From: Tubulanus polymorphus
Lineage: Eukaryota; Animalia; Nemertea
DNA length: 64,000 nt
Assembly: GCF_964204645.1 (NCBI RefSeq)
Contig: NC_134031.1
Location: 16,293,807-16,357,806 of the forward strand
Reading direction: 5' to 3'
This document shows, piece by piece, positions 26,070 to 38,000 of the stretch. Numbering within the stretch: the stretch's first letter is position 1; every line of letters begins with the position of its first letter. The notes under the pieces are model-generated. The model did not search any database, had not been told where the DNA came from, and worked only from the letters and a program-made list of their open reading frames with translations. A program made the position numbers and the translations under genes.

Positions 26070-29000
26070 CTATGAGCGAACGCGCCCTACGCCGCATAGA
26101 AACAATAATATTCTATCGACTACGTAAGCCAGCATCAAATCTCCGACCATAACCAGCAGCACGGTATTTCGGAACTGAAAATAAGATGTGAAATCTTTTA
26201 GATTTTTCATTTCAAAATACGCAGAAGGTCGGACTGACAGAGGCAAAAGGCAGCACTTTTCAAAGTAAAACAGACTGAACTTTTCCCCGAATCCAAAGAC
26301 AGAAGGCAAGTGCAATGCCCAGTTGAAATCGCACATAATGACACAACAGAATGCGATAAAATTTGTCAGTAGAAATTTCATGTGACGAATGTTTAGTCCG
26401 AAAAGTGATCGTTTCAACAATTTCAGGATTTTACTAGGAAGGTAGGCATTAATTAGGGCCTATCCTAAATATTTCCATAGGTAAGCGATTTTTAGATTTC
26501 GTCTAAGTCGCTACAAACACTGGCTTGAATTACGGTAAAAAGAAAATTAAGCTATTAAGGCTGCATCGCCGAAGATTTAGAATCCGGCTTTCACTCATTT
26601 GTTCTTAAAAAGCGCACAATTACTTACATCAGTTGGTAACTCGACGATTTCGAACTGTTGAGCTAATTCCGGAATGAATCCACTAGCCAAAGCTATCACA
26701 GCGCTGCCAGAACATAGAAGGCTGTACAAAAGCGGTTTATTTTCGGTTAAACTTTCCATAAACGGATGACCCTAAAAAAAGTTAAACGATCGGATTCCAT
26801 TCAACACATGATTCAACAGCGCAAAAAGAATGTACATTAGTACAGTTAAATCCGCTTAATCCGGCTTAATCTGGATTTTGGTCTAATCCGGACAATCTCT
26901 ACAATCCATTTGTTCATTACCGGTAATTTACAAGAAAATGACTTTGAATCCCGATTTCCCATAAACCGGTTGAATTTTCTTGATGCAGTAAAACCCGCTC
27001 AATCCAGATCGGCTTAATCCGGAGAATATTTGCAGTCCATTTGTTCATTAACATACAAGAAAATAGACTTTTAAACCGGATGAATTTTGTTCGTACCAAA
27101 TGATCCGAATTAAGCGGATTCTACAGTACGAGATATGAGATATTGATACGAATACGAACCCTGTAATTTACAGCAAATGTCGAAACTTGCATCGTCATCG
27201 AAATTAGGTATACTACCGAGTTCAATAGGTTCGGCTCAAATTTAGATTCTAAATCTACAAATTTTTCCTTCCTGAAAGAAAGAAACATAGTACGTAGAGA
27301 CAAATGCTGCACATAAAATCCCGGAACGATCGACTTCAGAATTAAGAGCGGCTTACCTCGGAGGAAGTCGTTTACCAGTTTCTTGAAACAGATAAACTAT
27401 ACTACTAAAATGTACAGCGAATTGTATTAAAACTGTGACTACTGTATAGAAATTGAATATATTCGGTAACGGTCTTTCTCTCGACAATGATTTCAACGGC
27501 TGAAACGAGAAAAGTACGGAAACCTCATCATACACATTGACGGGTAAACTGACGTCAATGTCAGTATTTCAGAGTTCGTGAGAAAAACTGACAGTTGATC
27601 ATTTTTGCAATTTATTTTGACATTTTTGAAGTTTTTACTAAAATAACTAACTTACGCCTAAAAACAAATTATTAGGTATGAACACATCTGCAACATAATC
27701 CTTCTTTACGTATATATTTGTCTTAATAGTAATAATGATAATAATTAGTGTCATTCATATAGCGCAGGTATCCATGCCTAACTAGTCTAGTTCTTATGCG
27801 CTCCAAATTTGGTATTATTACCCCCAGCCTATAACTCTGTTCCAGTCTTATCTTTATCTTAACGATTGTCTTGATGAGGTTAAGTCAAAATAAACTCTAT
27901 CATCAACTGTGGGTTTTGCTCATTAAATCATAGATATCGCTTATTCTATGTTGATTGATGCAGCAGCAGCCGAAATTTACCTTCGACCTGGATATGAATA
28001 GGAAACATCCAGCTAACAGAAGACCCTGCATCGTAGCCTGAGTGTCGGAGAATTTGACACCGTTTAAGTACAACACGCTTTGACTGTATGCCAAAATCAA
28101 AGCGTTCAATGCTAATATTTTAAACATCTGCAGCGTTGTGACCAACGTACAGCGGCCTTGTTTTATTATATGCAGAACTGAAATAAAGAATTAATTCAAT
28201 GAGGATCTGATCATTGTTAGAGTGAATCAATCATGATGCAGTGAACTAAAAATGCACAGTAGGATGGCAACAATTAAAAACTTTATTTAGTAATGTTTTT
28301 CAAACATTCAAAACATTTTTCTTCTTATATATGCCAGTATGTACATATGTTAACACGGGGTCCCTACAGATCAGTCATTCCTGGGTATAAGGAGTTTTAG
28401 AGGAGAAAATTTCAAATTTCAAGGAAGCGTCTGCATCACTTTCATATCCTGATTACTGTAGCAAATTTTCATCCTTAAGTCTTACTGAACTAGGTTTCTA
28501 ATTTTGTAATGGCCTAATTGGGAAAAATAAATCCCAACTGTACCGATTTAGGCATAGTCTACCGTACAACTATAAACTAGATAAAAATTTCTAATTGCCT
28601 TTTTCTCAAAATTGAAGGAGATTTAAAGGAGTTTTGCTCGAATCAAAGTCGTTTCAAGCACCTCCAAAGCATTTTCCGTTTAGAAGGAGTTTTCGAGGAA
28701 TCACAGGGTCGTAGGCACCCTGTAACATCTCTCAAATGATGAGGTTGAATTGGTATCAGCGAAGAAAATATACTAAATCAATCGACAATGAAGTATTCAA
28801 TTACTGCCGTCGTCTACTGTAGTTCCATAAATCATTTGACTCTCTACCGGGATGTATGTAGTGAAATACTTACTACACTGAGGTGTCGATAGTTTCGATG
28901 TAAAAGGTGAAGCTATGCTCGCGTCACCCAATCTCACCACTTGAGCTTTCTCTTCCTCTTCCATTTCTTTCAATAAAGTCGCCAACTTTTTCTGTAATAA

Positions 29001-32000
29001 ACCGATTTCTCACATAATAAACCACCAAAGAAGCTGTTATCACAAGAGCGTTTTTGACTGGTGCCAAAGGTGACTCGACACGGCCCATGCCAAATAAAAC
29101 CACGGGTCAAATTATTCGTGTGGCTGCTAATGATTTCTGAAAGTGACTCACCTCACTTGCCACAGCATTATTTTGATAAACTATTTAGTGACAAGCGAGT
29201 GGTTCACGTGTGAATGCGCTCTCTTATTAGGCACGGATCAAACTTGTCACGGTTCTGGTCCCGGCCAATTTGACCAGCGCCAAATCATCTGTGTGTGATT
29301 GTGGCTATAAATCTAGACAATCAAAATAGAAAGCCAAAAGTTTACAAACCTGAGCGGGAGCAAGGTTATCCCCTCGAGCTACAGCCCGTGATTTCGCGGC
29401 TCTGCTTTGTTTGCCTTTTGAAAATGATTTGAAATCATTCATCGGCGGAGCTGGCGATTGATAGCTGTTGTTTTCGTGCTGCATTCCATCTTTCTCTTTC
29501 GTCGATTCTTTCTTCTTTTTTTCCAGTCGCTCCGGAGCGTTTGCGAGCAACGCGACGCCTTGAATAGAAATTTGTATCCACTCAAATATATCCATTTCCA
29601 AATTGGTTTTTATGGTTCTTACAAAAATTCCCCGATATTTGTCCCAATTTCCCCCGACCCTTGACCAAAAGTTCCCTGATTGAATTATGAAATATCCTCT
29701 GCGAGAGGTTCCTTATGCCACTCGTCACCAGCAAGAACAACACCAAAAATTCTACTTTCCTCACTTTTCCCTGATTTTTAAAAAGAGAATAGATTTTCTA
29801 TGTCGGAAAAAATAAATCTGATTTTCCCTGATCTGCTAGTACCCAGGCCTAGTTTTACAGACTGGTATTAACTTAACCCAGAGGCTAACTTAATTTGTTC
29901 TTAATTGAGTTAACCCCTTGGTTAAAGTTAATACCAGTCTATGAAGGCAGTGTCTCATTGTTACTGTTCGAATTTTCAACAGTGGTACAGTGGAACCTCG
30001 TCACAGCAAACTTCTCAGGATCAGCAATTCTGTTCGTTATAACCGATAGTTCATTATATCCAGTATGAAATAGATTAAATTTTCTTACTCAAGATAAAAT
30101 TCTATATTTGTTATATCCGATGAATCGTTGTATCCGAGTTCGTTATAAAAAGGTTCCACGGTATAAGGGTTCTAATACTCACCAACATGGGCATGTTTCA
30201 ACGCTCCAACATCATTCGTTCCATCTCCGCACATCAACGTTATATAACCGAGATCTTTCAACGATGTAATCACGTATTCCTACACAATAAAAAGGCCCCA
30301 AAAAAACGATCAATCCAAACAAACATTCCTTACAACTGTTATTCTAGTTATTTCAATGAGTTTCGATGATCAGTAATTACCTTCTGTTTCGGGGCAACTC
30401 GGGCGAATACTTGAACGTGAGCTAAAATCTGCTTTAAAAACTTCGGTTCATTCGCAGTAAGGACGGATAATCCCTGGAAATATTTTCAAGACGAAAACAT
30501 TAAACCCGGCATGAAAATTCGGTTTCAATCAATCGGGTTTGACCCGATTTAAATGATCAGCTCCCGGCGATGGTGAAACCTTACCTCACCAGTCAGGCAT
30601 AAATCATATTCTTTTATCAACGGTTTATATCCTTGAGGCGGCACCAATGGTTGGATGATTGTGTCGTCAATCGACTGCCAGTGCCAATCGGAACCTAAGT
30701 CAATCATCGAAAAAGTGAAATCTCTTAAAATCATATTTTGTCTGAAGGTTTCAAATCAATTTCTTTTATACCATAAAAACTGTTACAACAAGGTTTATAT
30801 ACATTGATACCTAGCGGTTCTGTGTGTTTCGAAAGTTCGGTTACTAAGCCGCTCATCTGGTTTGTGTTTATATATTTACTGTGGATGACATCTTGTTTAT
30901 GTTTATTCTCCATCTATGTGAAATAAAATCAGTCACTTCCAAGGTTTCGTAGTAACCAGACGTGTTGCTTCTTTCTCTCGGATCTGTCCCCTCTGGTCGA
31001 ATCGAACCTTTCACGACATTTTGGTGCCGTGACCAGGATGGGGTCAGAAGGAAGGCTAACGGCAATCAGAAGGGCCCAACGGGGCCAAATGACGAAGATT
31101 TTCGGAAAAACGGAAGAAAAACTAGCAGAGATTCTACTCGTCGATGAAAGTTCAAGAACTCTGGAAACTGTTCAACCGTTCTCCACTTTAATCGACGCGC
31201 TGTTCACAAAATTCGAATATTTACGACAATTAGACCAACAATTAATGGATGAAATCGCTGATGAAACCGAGTTAACTAACACTATAGTTGAATCAGATGA
31301 TTATCTCACTGAGATACAAATCAAACTCGGTCGATTCAAACTGAACTTGGATAATCTACTAGCGAAGATACCAAAACCACAATCGCTAAACGAATCTGTA
31401 AGTACCATCAATCGAAGCAGTACTACCTCAACCGGCAGTAAAAAAGTCAATCTACCAAAATTGGCTCTCCCAAATTTCGATGGTGACATTTTGAAATGGT
31501 CTACTTTCTACGATAATTTCATCTCAGCCGTCGATAGCGATCCGCATTTGGACGATATCCAGAAGTTTCAATATTTAGTCGCACAACTCACTGACGAAGC
31601 AGCGCGTACCATAGAAGGTCTGCAAATAACTAGCGCTAACTACAAAGAAGCTCTGACGATCTTAGTAGAAAGATACGGTCAACCTCACAAGATCGTGAAC
31701 GCGTACATCAGAGCTTTATTAGATTTGCAGCCACCGCAGGATCACGAGAGTCTACGCGAATTTTACGATTCTTTGGAAACATATATTCGAGGATTGCGCG
31801 CGCTCGGGAAATCGGAAGATGCGTTCGGTGACATACTCGTTCCGGTAGTCTTCGATAAGCTACCGAGTCCCGTCAAAACACAAATTTCACGGGAGCACGG
31901 AGACCGCGCCTGGACACTTAAAGAACTACGCGACGCGATCCGAAAGGAAATACAAGCTACACAGGCAGGAGCGAGCTGCGTCAACTTCGATAATGAAAAA

Positions 32001-35000
32001 TTATCCGCTCTTCATATAAGCACTAAAACGAGGAAAAATCCGGCCTCGAAAAACAACAGTTGCGCGTTCTGCAAGGGTCCACATACGGCGTTCTCATGCG
32101 ATATAATCGTTAACCCAAAAAAGCGACAAGACATCATAAAGGCAAATCGTAAGTGTTATAACTGTTTTGGCAATCACATGGTAACAGCTTGCCAATCGAA
32201 ATATCGTTGTAAGGTTTGCAAAGGCAAACACCACACTGCTATTCATATAGATCGATATACTGATACGCATATTGAATCAAAAAATATTCATGTCAATATA
32301 GCTCCAACTTCAAGTCCTGTTCTCTTGAAATCGGCTATTGGTCAAATAAATTATGGTTCGAATTCGACCACGGTAAATATCTTGTTTGACGAAGGAGCGC
32401 AGTGCTCATTCATCACTAAAAAGTCGGTAAATGAATTAGGTGTCCGATTGGACAAATTTGAAAAGCAAGATGTAAATATTTCCACCTTTGGTGACAATTC
32501 ACCTGGGGCACGTACTCTACGGAGTATAGATTTAAAACTTCGTACGCGTAAAGGCGAAATTGGTTTACGTGCATTAGTTGTACCGGAAATATGTCCACCA
32601 ATTCAGAACAATGTAAAACTTGCTGTGACAAATCACCCGTACCTTCGAAATTTACCATTAGCACCGTACGTCAACACCAGCAATTGTGAAATTAATCTAT
32701 TAATCGGTGCTGATTATTACTGGTCGATCGTAGAGAATGAAGTGGTTAGAGGAGCTGGCCCGACAGCTGTCAGTTCCAAACTCGGGTTCCTTCTATCAGG
32801 ACCCATCAATTTGAATGCGAATACATCGGTACTCCATACTACCTGTCTTTTGAATACTATACATTCAAACGATGAATTCTCAAAATTATCTAACTACTGG
32901 GATCTTGAAGTAATTGGCATCAAGGAAACGATTAAATCTGAAACAATGAATTTTGAAACGTATCGAGACAATTACCTTAAACGCGATACCAGTGGTAAAT
33001 ATATAGCGAATTTACCTTGGAAAGAAGATTATCCACCGCTCCCTACCAATTTTGATATTTGTACCGCTAGAACTAGATCTATGGTTAAACGCTTGTCTCC
33101 AGAACTGAGGCAGACATATAATGCGATAATAGCAGAGCAACTTTCACGCGAATTTATTGAGATAGTAGAAAATGATGACAAGAGCCAGGGCCATTACATA
33201 CCCCACCACTCGGTTAAAAAGGAATCAATCACAACACCGATTAGAATTGTTTATGATTGTAGTTGTAAACAAGGGGATAATCCTAGTTTGAACGACTGTC
33301 TCGAAAGCGGTCCTTCATTAATAAATGATCTTGTGCAGATATTAATCCGCTTTCGCACGAATAACGTCGCATTTACAAGTGATATTGAAAAGGCATTTTT
33401 AAATGTAAAACTCGGTGAAAACGATAGAAATTTCACAAAATTTCTATGGCTATCAGATCCTACGGATCCCGATAGTCCCTTCAAGGTCTATCGTTTCAAA
33501 TCAGTACTTTTCGGGTCCACTAGCTCACCATTCATCTTAAATTCTGTAGTGAAAACGCATCTACAGTCCGAAAATACAGAAATCTCAATCGATATGCAAT
33601 CAAACATATACGTCGATAACGTTCTCAGCGGCTCTCATAACGCTAAAAAAGCAATTGAATATTTTGAAGAAGCCACGAATACTATGAGCAGGGGTGGATT
33701 TATTTTGAGATCATGGGCTACAAACGACCCAGATCTAAGATCGTTGATAAAACAACAGGCAATGGGTGAGAATAATGAAATCGTCAATGTCGTAGGGTTA
33801 CAATGGGATACGATTAGTGATACTCTTCAGTTTTCAAAGGCCATAAAAGACCCAGCTATGTGCACTCAGTCTGTGGTATCTAAGCGGGAAGTTGTGAGCG
33901 TAACAGCGTCACTATTTGACCCCCTTGGTCTCCTCTCGCCTGTGCATATTCAAGCTAAAATGTTTATCCAGAAATTGTGGCAATCTAAACAAACTTGGGA
34001 TGAACCCTTATCTGATGAATTATCATCACTCTGGTTTGAAATACATCAGCAGTTATACGCCTGTCAACATACAGCTATACAAAGACCATATTTTGGTCAA
34101 CCGACTAGTGAATGTGAACTACACATTTTTGCTGATGCCAGTCCCAATGCTTATGGGGCTGTAGCTTATCTGAAAACTGACAAATCGACTTCAATCATTA
34201 TGGCAAAATCACGGGTTAAACCATTAAAAGAGGTTACTATCCCTAGACTTGAATTATTGGCAGCACTGATCGCTGCACGGCTCGCGAAATTTATCCGTGA
34301 TGCATTCGACAAGTCAAATTTAAGTTTAACAAAATGTGTTCTTTGGTCCGATAGTCAGATCACAATACATTGGATTCGGAGTGAGAAGAAATTACCCACA
34401 TTCGTCGAAAACAGAGTCCGTGAAATTCGGTCTGTCAAATTTGACATAATCAATTATTGTCCTACAAAGGACAACCCTGCTGATCTCTTGACTCGGGGCA
34501 TCAATACCCAAGACTTGGATAATAGTAGATTATGGTGGTTTGGACCAACTTGGCTGCCTAATGGCGATTGGCCAATTGATCGATTGAATAATTCAACTGC
34601 ACTATATTGTTCAGTAAATAATTCTGAATCGCACTCTCAACAGTGTGCAGAATTAGCTAGTACTAATTCTATCTCAGTTCTATCAACTACCGCAACTCCA
34701 TCAGAACCGTCTGGAATACAAAAAGTAATAGATGTCGAGCAATTCAATTCGCTGAATAAATTACTTCGAGTCACAGCATGTGTACTACGCTTTATTTCTA
34801 TTATGAAGAAGACATGTCAACCTAGACATAATCATATTACCGTGCCAGAAATACGTTTGGCTCGTACTACGTGGGTTCGCTCTTTGCAAGATGACGAATT
34901 TTCAAATGAAATTAAATGTATTCAGAAAGGGGGACGAGGTACCCAATTGACTAAACAATTAAACCTATTCACTGATAAAGAGGGTTTAATTAGATGTGGC

Positions 35001-38000
35001 GGTCGTTTTCAAAACGCGAATCTTAACTACAACGCTAAGTACCCAATATTATTGCCATCGAAGCACCCATACACAAAATTAGTAATTAGTGACGCCCATA
35101 AAATGGTTCTACACAGTGGGTTACAATCAACTTTGTGTTACATACGTCAATCATATTGGATACCAAGAATTAGGCAAATAGTTAGCCCAATTATTAGAAA
35201 ATGCTCAGTTTGCATTAGACATGATGGTAAATCATATCGTGCGCCAATCACGCCTCCGTTACCTGCCTGTAGACTAAAAGAAGCTCCACCCTTCACCATC
35301 ACAGGCGTTGATTTCACTGGCCATTTATATCATCGCACGAAACACTCAAAACAGAACAAGGCATACATATGTCTATTTACATGCGCCGTTTCCAGGGCAA
35401 TACATCTGGAAATAGTCACTGATCTGACGCCTGCTTCCTTTATGAGAGCATTTCGCAGATTTGCCAGCAGGAGGTCGTTGCCAAGTCAATTGATCTCTGA
35501 TAATGGTTCAACATTTTTGTCTGCAGAAAACGATATCAAAGAAATATTCAAATCAACAAAAGTCAGAAACTTTCTGTCTAACAAACTTGTCACTTGGACA
35601 TTTATACCGAAACGCGCGCCATGGTTTGGCGGATTTTATGAAAGATTAGTCGGTATAACGAAAAACACTTTGAAAAAAGTAGTTGGTCGAGCGTGTATTA
35701 CCTTGGACGAATTGTCGACTCTAATTACTGAAATAGAGGCTACAATAAACGATCGTCCCTTAACGTACATGACAAATGATGACAATGAGATCATTCCCTT
35801 AACTCCATCACATTTAATTTGTGGGAGAATGATTACTCTGTTACCTCAACCGGTAGTTGAAGAAAACGAACTAATTGATCCGAATTTTAACTTACCGCCC
35901 ATCGGTTTCTCCGACGCGAAGAAACGCATGAAATACTTAGACAGTCTTTTCCAAGATTACTGGATACGGTGGCGAAATGAATATTTGCCAACCTTAAGGG
36001 AAAACCACTGTCAGACGCTAAAGCGGGGTGGCATTACGGAAAATCATGTCAAAATAGGCGATATAGTGATCGTTCATGATGACTCAAAAAAGAGAATCTT
36101 TTGGCAACTCGCTATCATTGAAGGTCTGAACAAGGGCAACGACGGTCTTGTGAGATCCGCGGTAATTCGTACTAAAAACGGAATTACGAATAGACCTCTT
36201 AAGAAATTATACCCCTTAGAAATCAATTCTGATAGTGGTGAGAAAATGAATGATGAATCATCGCCTCTAATTAGTAATATTCAACCCCCAATGAAAATAA
36301 AACGAAATGCAGCATTGAACGCTAGAAATAAAATAAAAAACTGGTGTGACAAACTGGTCGACTAATGCACAGGTTCAGCCTAATCAGAGTATAATTCAAA
36401 CTTATGTTCATAATGTTTCTTAATATGAGTTAATTTCATTTTTGAAGATTTATAATGTTAAGAACATGTTCTTCTATGTTTTTCAATTATTAAAATGTGT
36501 AAATGACGATCACCATAGTATATATGTAAAATTTAATGTTAATTGAAATGTAAGTTGAATCTTAACAGTGAAAATCATGTATGTATACATTCAAGCACAA
36601 ATTGTATCAATGTTGAAATACTATGTAATTTCCTTTCTATTATATACCTGAATATATATCGGAGTAAATGTTCTTTTTATATCTGATATTCACATGTTTT
36701 TAATTTCAAGAATACGTCAATCAATATTGTAATCTGTTATCTCATAATAATGCTATACAATATCCTAGTTATCATGTATACACCTATATTTTAGTTGAGA
36801 CACAACGCAATGTCAAAGTTTAACGTCAAAGCTTAATGTCAATGTTTAATGTCAAAGCAATCTCAGTTTTGTGTTAAATGAAGATTAAGAGTAATGCAAA
36901 CTTGATGTATCGAAGATTTAGTGATTCTGATATGAAATTGGAAATTGATTAATTTCTCATTTTTTACGTAGGCTTATTAACCTCATAGGTATTCCTAATT
37001 GATTATACATCCTATCTTTTCTTCCCGCCGCCGGGAGTGTTTCGAAAGTTCGGTTACTAAGCCGCTCATCTGGTTTGTGTTTATATATTTACTGTGGATG
37101 ACATCTTGTTTATGTTTATTCTCCATCTATGTGAAATAAAATCAGTCACTTCCAAGGTTTCGTAGTAACCAGACGTGTTGCTTCTTTCTCTCGGATCTGT
37201 CCCCTCTGGTCGAATCGAACCTTTCACGACACTGTGTGAGTCCATGTGCACTACATCATCAATATTGGCCTTTCAAAGTAACAATTACATTTGCGAATTT
37301 TGGCGTTCATTTTGTAATTAGATACATTTCATAACTCTTAACTAATTTTTGATAAATTCTAATAATTATTTTTGAGACGATGTGCACTACGTTATCAATA
37401 TATCGGGGCGAGACTGGTTGCCGGTCAATCAAGGTCAATTGTCGATACATTCAAATCCAATACTTCATTGATCCTTAATATCATAATATAGATAATATCA
37501 TATCATTTATTTTATATATGCGTTATTTTTCAAGGCATCAATAAACATTTGAGTTAAGTTTTCTTGCTGAATATGGCATTAAACCTTTTGGGCTTAGGGC
37601 AAAAATGATTTTAAGGCTTAGGGCAATAATGATGTTAAGGCTTAGGGCAAAAAATGATGTTTATATGTGCATCAATGAGGTCAGTCAATACGTTTTGCAC
37701 ATATTTAGGTGTGATTCATAGCTCTAGTGTGTATCAATAATGCAACCGTGTCAAGTCAGTCGATAGATACCCTTGGCATCTTCTCCGTAAATCTAGGGTG
37801 TCTTTACTCGGTTATTAATAGCTCTCGCAGGTAATAGAACGAACTGGCCTTGATTTATTTTTCCATTATTGGAGTTTCATTTCTGACAACGCAACACACA
37901 CACACATGAAATCCGATCACCCCAGGTATCAATTGTGGAATGGCGTTTATAAACAGAATATTTAGGCTAAGCGGATTAGTTTAAAATCTGTAAGCTTGAA

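Larger units (their letters stand above)
30825..37231 (+). mobile_element. Full-length BEL/Pao LTR retrotransposon, antisense within an ATP13A1 intron
   Basis: Identical 194-bp TG...CA LTRs (30825-31018, 37038-37231), CTGTG target duplication (30820-30824, 37232-37236), PBS, PPT-like tract and a single gag-pol ORF. Confidence 0.97.

Noticed and set aside
32380-32405. Protease active site DEG rather than DSG/DTG
   Set aside because: The catalytic Asp is present, and I recall this variant in other BEL/Pao elements; not evidence of inactivity or novelty
36366-37023. env-like gene in the retrotransposon
   Set aside because: AT-rich 660 bp with no long ORF
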